The translations under genes were made by a program, and so were the position numbers. A model generated the notes under the pieces. The model was given only the letters and a program-made list of their open reading frames with translations. It was not told the DNA's origin and did no database searches. Below, piece after piece: positions 37,595 through 43,735 of a stretch of 43,735 nucleotides of DNA (the stretch's first letter is position 1; each line of letters starts with the position of its first letter). Source of the stretch: Acidimicrobiia bacterium (lineage in GTDB: Bacteria; Actinomycetota; Acidimicrobiia; IMCC26256; DASPTH01); contig DASUAS010000334.1 in assembly GCA_035763625.1 (NCBI GenBank), forward strand, positions 1 through 43,735. The letters run 5' to 3'.

Positions 37595-40402
37595 GTGGAG
37601 CCCGAACCGGACACCGAACCGACCGTCGCCCCGGTGGCCGGCGCGGGTTCGCCAGCTGATCTTCCGCCGTACGCACGGGGCGCCGAGGACGTCGCCACGA
37701 CCGCCGCGACCGACACCACGCAGGGCCTGACCCCCGCCGAAGCGGCGATCCGGTTGGGGCAGTACGGGCCCAATCAGATCACGAGCGAGCAGCCGCCCTC
37801 GGTGTGGGCCGTCGCCGCCGGGCAGTTTCGCAACCCGATGAACATCATGCTCGTTGCGGTGTCGATCGTGAGCTTCGCGATCGGCGAGGTGTCGACCGGG
37901 ATCATCGTGGCATTGCTCATCCTGCTCAACGTCGTGCTCGGCTCCCGTCAGGAGTTGAAGGCACGCGAGAGCGTCACCGCGCTGTCGAACCTGCAAGTGC
38001 CGCAGGCGAAGGTCGTGCGCGGCGGGACACTGCTCCAGATCCCGGCCGTCGACGTGGTGCCGGGCGACATGGTGCAGGTGGAAGCGGGCGACATCGTGCC
38101 CGCCGACGGGCGGATCGTGCGCGCCGCGACCCTCGAGACGCAGGAAGCCGCGCTCACCGGAGAGAGCGCGCCGGTGGCGAAGGACGCCGATGCGCTCCCG
38201 AGCGCCGACGTCGCGCTCGGGGATCGCACGAACATGGCCTTCCAGAACACCTCGGTCACCCGGGGCACCGCGTCGATGGTCGTGACCGCGACCGGCATGC
38301 AGACGCAGATGGGGCAGATCGCGAGCATGCTGACGTCGGTCACCCGCACGCGCTCTCCGCTCCAGAAGGAGCTCGACGACCTCACCAAGGTGCTCGGCAT
38401 CATCGCGTGGACGGCGGTGGCCTTCATCTTCGTGGTCGGCCTCGCGCGCGGCGTCGACGCGCAGCAGCTCTTCCTGCTCGGCACCGCGATGGCGATCTCG
38501 GCGATCCCCACCGGTCTGCCCGCGTTCGTCTCCGGACTGCTCTCGCTCGGAGCCCGGCAGCTCGCCGATGCCAAGGCCATCGTCAAGAACCTCACCGACG
38601 TGGAGACGCTCGGCGCCACGAGCGCGATCAACACCGACAAGACCGGCACCCTCACCATGAACCAGATGATGGTGTCGGTCATCTTCGCCAACGACAGCTG
38701 GTTCACCGTCGAGGGCGAGGGTTACCGCAAGACGGGCGTGATTCGATCGGCGGCGGGCGTGGCGGTCCCCGACTTCACCAACCTGGCCCTCGGCATGGTG
38801 CTCGACAGCGACGCCACCGTTGCCGACGACGGCACGGTGGTCGGCGATCCGACCGAGGCGGCGCTGGTCGTCCTCTCCGCGAAGTTCGGCGTTGATGCCG
38901 AGGAGACCCGACGCGCGTACCCGCGGCTCGCGGAGGTGCCCTTCGACTCCGAGTACAAGTTCATGGCCACGTTCCACCGCGCGCACCTCGGCGGGAAGGA
39001 ACGGGTCATCGAGCTGGTCAAGGGCGGCCCCGACGTCGTGCTCGCCCGGTGCGCCCGGTCGGGCGGTCCGTTGGCCGAGAGCCATGTGCCGATCGCGGAC
39101 GCGCGCGCCGCCATCGACGCCGCGAACGAACGCATGGGCGAGCAGGGGCTGCGAGTGCTGGCGTTCGCGGCACGGTTCGTCGACGACGACGAGCTCGACA
39201 CGATGGGCTCGGAGCCGATGTCGCTGACCGGCGAGCTCGACTTCGTGGGGATGGTCGGCATCATCGACCCGTTGCGAGCCGAGGCCAAGGGCGCGGTGCG
39301 CACCGCGCTCGACGCCGGCATCGACGTGCGCATGATCACCGGTGATCACGCCGTGACGGCGCAGGCGATCGGCGAGGAGCTCGGCCTCGGTCCCGGCGCG
39401 ATCAGCGGGAGCGAGCTGCAGACGCTCTCCGACGACGAGCTCGCCCGCCGGCTCCCCGGCCTCCACGTGTTCGGCCGCGTCTCTCCCGAGGACAAGCTCC
39501 GGCTGGCCCGGGTGATGCAGGAGCAGGGTGCCATCGTCGCCATGACGGGGGACGCGGTGAACGATGCCGCCGCGCTCAAGCAGGCCGACATCGGCGTGGC
39601 GATGGGTTCGGGGAGCGAGGTCACGAAGCAGGCGGGCCGCATGATCCTGACCGACGACAACTTCGGCACGCTCGTGCACGCGGTCGAGATCGGACGGCGG
39701 GTCTACGACAAGATCGTCTCGTACGTCCGCTACCAGATGACCCAGCTGTTGGGACTCGTGATCCTCTTCGTCGCGGCGACCGTCTTCGACGTCAACGACG
39801 GCGTCGCGCTCACGCCGCTCATGGTGCTGTACCTGCTCGTGTTCGTCACCGCCGCCGGTGTGCTCGTGATCGCGCTCGATCCCGGCACCCCGGACGTGAT
39901 GCATCGACCACCGCGTGATCCGAAGCTGCCGATCAGCAACCGCACCGCGGTCACGTACTGGGTCTTCTACGGCGCGGTCCTGGCCGCGGCGTCGTTCGTT
40001 CCGCTGGTCGCGGGACCGGACGACCCCAGCACCAGCCACCCGAGCGCGTCGCTGACGATGACGTTCGTGGTGATGGGCCTCGGCACGGTGTGGAACGCGC
40101 TCACCAACCGCCGCGACCCGGAGAGTGGGCTCACGCCGCCGATCCTGCAGGCGCTCGGCGTGTCGCTCGTGCCGGTCGCGATGATCTTCCTGGCCACGCA
40201 GCTCCCGAGCCTGCAGCACGGGATGCTCACGGTCCCGCTCACCGGGCCGCGGTGGCTCGAGGTGATCGGCCTGGCGCTCGTCCTGCCCGTGGTCATCGAG
40301 GGGAGCAAGTGGCTCCGGCGTCGGCGCGATCCCCAGGTGCAGACCTTCGCCGTCGACCGTGCGGTGGCGCCAGGACGCGGACTGGTCGACGCGGACTCGT
40401 GA
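37595..40402 (+). CDS. P-type cation-transporting ATPase (P2-like) with an atypical PTGLP M4 motif
   Basis: 935 aa with TGES, DKTGTLT, MITGDHAVTA and GDAVNDAAALKQADIGVAMG. GTG start at 37595, with GGGAG 10 nt upstream. Confidence 0.88.
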   Translation: MEPEPDTEPTVAPVAGAGSPADLPPYARGAEDVATTAATDTTQGLTPAEAAIRLGQYGPNQITSEQPPSVWAVAAGQFRNPMNIMLVAVSIVSFAIGEVSTGIIVALLILLNVVLGSRQELKARESVTALSNLQVPQAKVVRGGTLLQIPAVDVVPGDMVQVEAGDIVPADGRIVRAATLETQEAALTGESAPVAKDADALPSADVALGDRTNMAFQNTSVTRGTASMVVTATGMQTQMGQIASMLTSVTRTRSPLQKELDDLTKVLGIIAWTAVAFIFVVGLARGVDAQQLFLLGTAMAISAIPTGLPAFVSGLLSLGARQLADAKAIVKNLTDVETLGATSAINTDKTGTLTMNQMMVSVIFANDSWFTVEGEGYRKTGVIRSAAGVAVPDFTNLALGMVLDSDATVADDGTVVGDPTEAALVVLSAKFGVDAEETRRAYPRLAEVPFDSEYKFMATFHRAHLGGKERVIELVKGGPDVVLARCARSGGPLAESHVPIADARAAIDAANERMGEQGLRVLAFAARFVDDDELDTMGSEPMSLTGELDFVGMVGIIDPLRAEAKGAVRTALDAGIDVRMITGDHAVTAQAIGEELGLGPGAISGSELQTLSDDELARRLPGLHVFGRVSPEDKLRLARVMQEQGAIVAMTGDAVNDAAALKQADIGVAMGSGSEVTKQAGRMILTDDNFGTLVHAVEIGRRVYDKIVSYVRYQMTQLLGLVILFVAATVFDVNDGVALTPLMVLYLLVFVTAAGVLVIALDPGTPDVMHRPPRDPKLPISNRTAVTYWVFYGAVLAAASFVPLVAGPDDPSTSHPSASLTMTFVVMGLGTVWNALTNRRDPESGLTPPILQALGVSLVPVAMIFLATQLPSLQHGMLTVPLTGPRWLEVIGLALVLPVVIEGSKWLRRRRDPQVQTFAVDRAVAPGRGLVDADS

Positions 40403-40419
40403 CGAAGGAGTCGAGCGGC

Positions 40420-41259
40420 ATGGCGAAGCACAAGCACGAGCACGAGCACGAGCACGGAGAGCAGGAAGACGTCGACGGGCCGCCGGGGAAGATGAAGAAC
40501 AAGGAGTACGAGCGCGAGCTGCGCCGCCTCCACGGTGAGCTCGTCGCGATGCAGGAGTGGGTCAAGGCATCGGGTGCGAAGGTGTGCATCGTGTTCGAGG
40601 GCCGCGACACCGCGGGCAAGGGAGGCACGATCAAGGCGATCACAGAGCGCGTGAGCCCGCGCGTGTTCCGGGTCGTCGCGCTGCCGGCGCCCACCGACCG
40701 TGAGCGGTCGCAGATGTACATCCAGCGCTACATCCCGCACCTGCCGGCCGCGGGAGAGGTCGTGATCTTCGACCGCAGCTGGTACAACCGCGCCGGCGTC
40801 GAACGGGTCATGGGCTTCTGCACGCCGGAGCAGACCCAGAAGTTCCTCGAGCAGGTCCCCGCGGTCGAGAAGGCGATGGTCGACTCGGGGATCGTGCTGC
40901 TGAAGTACTGGCTCGAGGTGAGCCCCGACGAGCAGACCCGGAGGTTGGAGAGCCGGATCGACGACCCCAGGAAGATCTGGAAGCTGTCGGACATGGACCT
41001 GCAGTCCTACGAGCGGTGGGACGACTACTCACGCGCGCGCGACGCGATGTTCGCGGGGAGCGACACCGCGTGGGCGCCGTGGTACGTCGCCCGCAGCGAC
41101 GACAAGAAGCGCGCCCGCCTCAACGTGATCACCCACCTGCTCGAGCAGGTGCCCTTCGTCGCTCCGCCGCGGAAGCCCGTGGAGCTGCCGCGCCGGAAGA
41201 TCCACGCCGTGGAGCCCACATCCGGCGTGCCCCTGCGGTACATCCCCACGCCCTACTGA
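40420..41259 (+). CDS. ppk2: polyphosphate kinase 2
   Basis: ATG 40420 has GAAGGAG 9 nt upstream. IVFEGRDTAGKGGTI (Walker A) and FDRSWYNRAGVERVMGF fit the PPK2 pattern. The N-terminus is His/Glu-rich (HKHEHEHEHGEQED). Confidence 0.9.
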   Translation: MAKHKHEHEHEHGEQEDVDGPPGKMKNKEYERELRRLHGELVAMQEWVKASGAKVCIVFEGRDTAGKGGTIKAITERVSPRVFRVVALPAPTDRERSQMYIQRYIPHLPAAGEVVIFDRSWYNRAGVERVMGFCTPEQTQKFLEQVPAVEKAMVDSGIVLLKYWLEVSPDEQTRRLESRIDDPRKIWKLSDMDLQSYERWDDYSRARDAMFAGSDTAWAPWYVARSDDKKRARLNVITHLLEQVPFVAPPRKPVELPRRKIHAVEPTSGVPLRYIPTPY

Positions 41260-41368
41260 TCGACCCCGCGCACCGGCGTCTTCGTCGGGCACGCACCAAC
41301 TCGACCTCGCACAGCTCGGTGTGGTCGAGCCTCCACCGCTGGACGCGGCACCGCTGAGTCCATGGCGT

Positions 41369-41923
41369 CTATGGGGTGCGGCCGATGAACGCGAGCAGCC
41401 TGGTCTGGATGTCTGCGTCATCGGGGACGTGGACGCGTGGCCCGTACTGGCCGCTCTCGCGCAGCGCGGCGTCCATCGGCAACATGCCTTCGAGCATCGT
41501 GGCGCACGTGTCGGCGTCGAGCGTCTCGTCCTGCCCGGTTGCTCGCGCGAGATCCCAGCGATGCAGGAACACGTCGCTGGTGTAGATCATGTCCGTCGCG
41601 TGCCCGAGCGTCATTCGGCCGATGTGCGGGAGATCGTGCTCGCGCTCGGCGGTGTCCGGGTCGTCGAGCAGTGCCTGCACCGCGTCGGTCTGGGTGCGCC
41701 AGGCGCCGACGGGGTCGTCGTCGACCGACGGTCCCGGGGGCAAGGTGATCCCGGCCGATCCGTCGAGGAACGCCGGGTACCACTCGACGAGGTGGCGCAC
41801 GACGTCGCGCGCGACCCAACCCTCCACCGGCGCGGGCCGGTCCCAGGCATCGGGCGCGACGCCCTCGACCGTCGCCGTGAACGCGCCGGCGACGCGACGG
41901 TGCGCGTCGGCTGGGTCGCTCAC
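41369..41923 (-). CDS. DinB-fold, mycothiol-dependent maleylpyruvate-isomerase-family protein
   Basis: GTG 41923 overlaps the upstream stop (GTGA). VSDPADAHRRVAGAFTATVEGVAPDAWDRPAPVEGWVARDVVRHLVEW is the DinB_2-type N-terminus. Confidence 0.6.
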   Translation of the reverse strand: MSDPADAHRRVAGAFTATVEGVAPDAWDRPAPVEGWVARDVVRHLVEWYPAFLDGSAGITLPPGPSVDDDPVGAWRTQTDAVQALLDDPDTAEREHDLPHIGRMTLGHATDMIYTSDVFLHRWDLARATGQDETLDADTCATMLEGMLPMDAALRESGQYGPRVHVPDDADIQTRLLAFIGRTP

Positions 41924-42408
41924 CGGAGCTCCGCGACGAGGGCGTCGAGCTTGGCGTAGCCCTCGTCGGCACCCGTCTCCATGCCGCTGGCCAGCCACTG
42001 GTCGCGGCCCTCGAAGCTGTCGACGAGCGACTGCGCGTGCAGTCGGGTACGGCCGTCGCCGAGGTTCTCGAACCACATCGTCTCGAGCGCGACACCGTCG
42101 GGCTGACCGTCGAACGTGAACGTCTGCACGATGCGGTCCTCAGCAACCTCGTGGAAGCAACCGTGGAAGCCGTACTCCTCGCCGTCGCGCCGCGCGACGT
42201 AGCGCCAACGCCCGCCGGTGGTGGCGTCCCAGTCGACGATCTCGGTCTCCATCCCGTTCGGTCCCACCCAGCGTGCGAACAGCTCGGGATCCGTGTGCGC
42301 GCGCATCAGCTCGGCCGGCGTGGCGTCGAAGTCGCGGGTGATGCGAACGATCGGGAGGGCCGGGTCCGCTTCGATCGACACCTGGTAGCGGTTGCTGGTC
42401 GTGGTCAT
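41920..42408 (-). CDS. SRPBCC / Aha1-domain protein
   Basis: 162 aa. MTTTSNRYQVSIEADPALPIVRITRDFDATPAELMRAHTDPELFARWVGP... is the typical ArsR-linked AHSA1-like protein. Its ATG overlaps the ArsR stop (ATGA). Confidence 0.75.
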   Translation of the reverse strand: MTTTSNRYQVSIEADPALPIVRITRDFDATPAELMRAHTDPELFARWVGPNGMETEIVDWDATTGGRWRYVARRDGEEYGFHGCFHEVAEDRIVQTFTFDGQPDGVALETMWFENLGDGRTRLHAQSLVDSFEGRDQWLASGMETGADEGYAKLDALVAELR

Positions 42409-42770
42409 GAGGCTGCTCCTTGCTCTCGGTGGTTGCTGGTCAGATCGTCGCCGCGCATGTCGGCCAGGACGTCGTCGAGACGCTCGTAGCGCTCCTGGGC
42501 CTGCTGGCGGTACCGGTCGATCCACTTCGTCATCAGGTCGAAGACCTCCGCCTCGAGGTGGCAGGGTCGCCGCTGCGCGTCCTTCGTCTGGCTCACCAGG
42601 CCGGCGTCGGTGAGCACCTTGACGTGCTTGGACACCGCCTGGATGGAGACGTCGTAGGGATCGGCCAGCTCTCCGACCGTGGCGTCGCCGACCGCGAGGC
42701 GAGCGACCATGTCGCGCCGCGTCGGGTCGGCGAGGGCGGCGAAGATGCGCGAGAGCTCGTCGTCCGCCAC
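42405..42770 (-). CDS. ArsR/SmtB-family transcriptional regulator
   Basis: 121 aa. IFAALADPTRRDMVARLAVGDATVGELADPYDVSIQAVSKHVKVLTDAGLV is a winged helix-turn-helix. GTG start with AAGGAGG 6 nt upstream. Confidence 0.88.
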   Translation of the reverse strand: MADDELSRIFAALADPTRRDMVARLAVGDATVGELADPYDVSIQAVSKHVKVLTDAGLVSQTKDAQRRPCHLEAEVFDLMTKWIDRYRQQAQERYERLDDVLADMRGDDLTSNHREQGAAS

Positions 42771-42782
42771 GGACGACCTCCT

Positions 42783-42804
42783 TGTTCAACCAGATGGTTG
42801 AACA
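42783..42804. promoter_or_regulatory. perfect inverted repeat TGTTCAACC-AGAT-GGTTGAACA, candidate ArsR operator
   Basis: 9-bp perfect arms with a 4-bp spacer, 13-34 nt upstream of the ArsR start. A related TTGATCAA palindrome lies at about 42841-42848. Confidence 0.6.
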
Positions 42805-42983
42805 TCGTACGCCGATGGCCCACCGTTGTCACCCATACGGTTGATCAAGGGCGTCGCCTCGGTGTGAACATCTCGGCCGCGGCTCGCGACGGCGTCGCAG
42901 CCGCCGTTCGAGCGGCGCAGGCGCAAGCCGATCGGAACGCGCCCGGTGGTCGTCCTCACCCGCACCGGCGTGCTCGACGTGCG

Positions 42984-43071
42984 TGGCGGAGGGAGTGGGA
43001 TTCGAACCCACGGTGAGTTGCCCCACACACGCTTTCCAAGCGTGCCGATTCGGCCGCTCTCGCACCCCTCC
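42984..43071 (-). tRNA. tRNA-Ser (anticodon GGA), CCA encoded
   Basis: The reverse complement is GGAGGGGTGCGAGAGCGGCCGAATCGGCACGCTTGGAAAGCGTGTGTGGGGCAACTCACCGTGGGTTCGAATCCCACTCCCTCCGCCA. It has a 7-bp acceptor stem, anticodon stem CACGC/GCGTG with loop TTGGAAA, a long variable arm and the T-loop GGTTCGAATCC. Confidence 0.93.
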
Positions 43072-43107
43072 AGGGGGCACGATGGTACTCGTCGCCGTGT
43101 AGCCTCC

Positions 43108-43386
43108 CGGGTGGACCGTGCTAAGCGGGGAGCTCGTGGTGCCCTGTACCCCAAACCCACGTAGGGGGGCTGAATTCCCGTTCGAGGCTCGGGCCGCCTA
43201 GAGGTACGACTCGCACGAGGCGTTGAGGGCCGGGTCCTGCGCAACGGGATCCTGTGAACCGAGTCAGGTCCGGAAGGAAGCAGCTCTCAGCGGGCCCTCT
43301 CGTGTGCCGCAGGGGTGCCTGACCCGAGTCGAATGCGAGCACGACCTCCTGGCGCCCTTGCCGACAGCGGGTGCACGGTCCACCTT
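43108..43386 (+). ncRNA. ffs: signal recognition particle RNA, large Bacillus-type with Alu domain
   Basis: Domain IV reads GUCAGGUCCGGAAGGAAGCAGC...GUGUGCCGCAGGGGUGCCUGAC. Alu-domain blocks match B. subtilis scRNA as I recall it: CCGUGCUAAGCGGGGAG, GGUGCCCUGUACC and GGGUCCUGCGCAACGGGA. The terminal helix GGTGGACCGTGC (43110-43121) pairs perfectly with GCACGGTCCACC (43373-43384). End positions are accurate to within a few nt. Confidence 0.85.
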
Positions 43387-43404
43387 CCCACCTTCGATTC
43401 GCTC

Positions 43405-43440
43405 GGTGAAGGTGAAGGTGAAGAAGGTGAAGTAGGTGAA
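43405..43440 (+). repeat. GGTGAA hexamer repeat: (GGTGAA)3-GAA-GGTGAA-GTA-GGTGAA
   Basis: Read directly from the sequence. The repeat is complementary to the two CACCTTC copies at 43381-43395, giving a hairpin of about 13 bp immediately 3' of the SRP RNA and downstream of the convergent P450 gene. Confidence 0.8.
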
Positions 43441-43475
43441 GCCGTGCGCTCTGGAACGCCGACGTGCCGATCGCG

Positions 43476-43735
43476 TCAGTCGGCGAGTCGCGCGGTCGGG
43501 GTGAAGGTCACCGGCATCGCCTCGGGGCCGACGATGAAGTTGCTGGCCCGGTAGGGCAGCGGCTCGGTGTTGGCCGGTTCGAGGTCGGGCAGCCGCCGGA
43601 ACAGCACGTCGAACATCACCTGCAGCTCGAGCCGGGCCAGGGCCTGGCCCAGGCAGTAGTGCGGGCCGAAGCCGAACGCGAGGTGGTGGTTGGGGTCGCG
43701 CCTCACGTCGAAGGTGAACGGGTCGGGGAACTCGT
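43476..43735 (-). CDS. cytochrome P450, 3' portion (continues beyond the window)
   Basis: ...EFPDPFTFDVRRDPNHHLAFGFGPHYCLGQALARLE... contains the heme-thiolate motif FGxGxHxCxG. The M given in the ORF track is an internal GTG, and the frame stays open to the window end. Confidence 0.85.
   Translation of the reverse strand, partial: EFPDPFTFDVRRDPNHHLAFGFGPHYCLGQALARLELQVMFDVLFRRLPDLEPANTEPLPYRASNFIVGPEAMPVTFTPTARLAD

Noticed and set aside
35576-40219. A 1547-aa minus-strand ORF, the longest in the window.
   Set aside because: Only its last 558 codons (35576-37252) are SulP-like. The rest is Arg/His/Asp/Gly-rich sequence antisense to the well-supported P-type ATPase gene, which is the typical high-GC shadow-ORF artefact.
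42805-43107. Looked for integrase genes, attachment-site direct repeats or IS ends around tRNA-Ser and across the 24.7-43.4 kb block.
   Set aside because: I found no transposase or integrase-like ORF and no duplicated copy of the tRNA 3' end by eye. A mobile-element call is therefore not supported, and the synteny break is reported only as an inference.
43177-43194. A tRNA-like T-loop sequence (CCCGTTCGAGGCTCGGG) suggested a second tRNA next to tRNA-Ser.
   Set aside because: The loop would be 9 nt and no acceptor or anticodon arms fit. The segment aligns with the Alu-domain part of the large SRP RNA.
43405-43440. GGTGAA repeats, considered as a CRISPR array or minisatellite.
   Set aside because: The units are 6 nt with no spacers, and no cas genes are present. 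It is a short microrepeat and hairpin arm, not a CRISPR array.

Overview
The window is a very GC-rich chromosomal segment that looks actinobacterial. Supporting gene content includes MmpL, an acyl-CoA carboxylase epsilon subunit, a mycothiol-type DinB enzyme and an ask-asd operon. G+C was judged by eye, not computed. I call about 45 protein genes, one tRNA-Ser(GGA) and one Bacillus-type (Alu-domain) SRP RNA.

Gene blocks in order:
- ask-asd, a cyclophilin, and bfd-bfr.
- The upper half of the ethylmalonyl-CoA (EMC) pathway, scattered between 4.8 and 20.2 kb: hbd-ecm, pccB-pccE, epimerase, ccr and thiolase.
- A fatty-acyl-CoA ligase, a secreted peptidoglycan hydrolase, and two SulP/STAS transporters.
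- Three small membrane proteins of different DUF families that all begin MTD-x-PP-x-PPPP.
- dnaX-ybaB-recR and an MmpL transporter.
- A five-gene MacB-type export module with two adaptors and a secreted double-DUF5666 protein. Three of its proteins end in FGG/RGG glycine-rich tails, and a PilZ gene is divergent from it.
- A crotonase and a DUF6325-SHOCT pair.
- A P-type ATPase with an atypical PTGLP M4 motif, then PPK2 and an ArsR-SRPBCC-DinB operon.
- The 3' end of a P450 gene.

I saw no transposase, integrase, CRISPR array, rRNA or recognisable defence system.

Candidates most worth follow-up:
1. The two-adaptor MacB module with shared glycine-rich tails.
2. An inverted-repeat motif, AAGyTACC-N4-GGTAACyT, present upstream of both EMC transcription units.
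3. The polyproline-leader membrane trio.
4. The SRP RNA lying 18 kb from dnaX on the opposite strand, which suggests an inversion or insertion.
5. A possible structured leader upstream of the hydrolase gene.

All functional calls come from reading the translations against remembered family motifs. No searches were run. The many long Arg/Gly/His-rich ORFs antisense to real genes are treated as high-GC artefacts.
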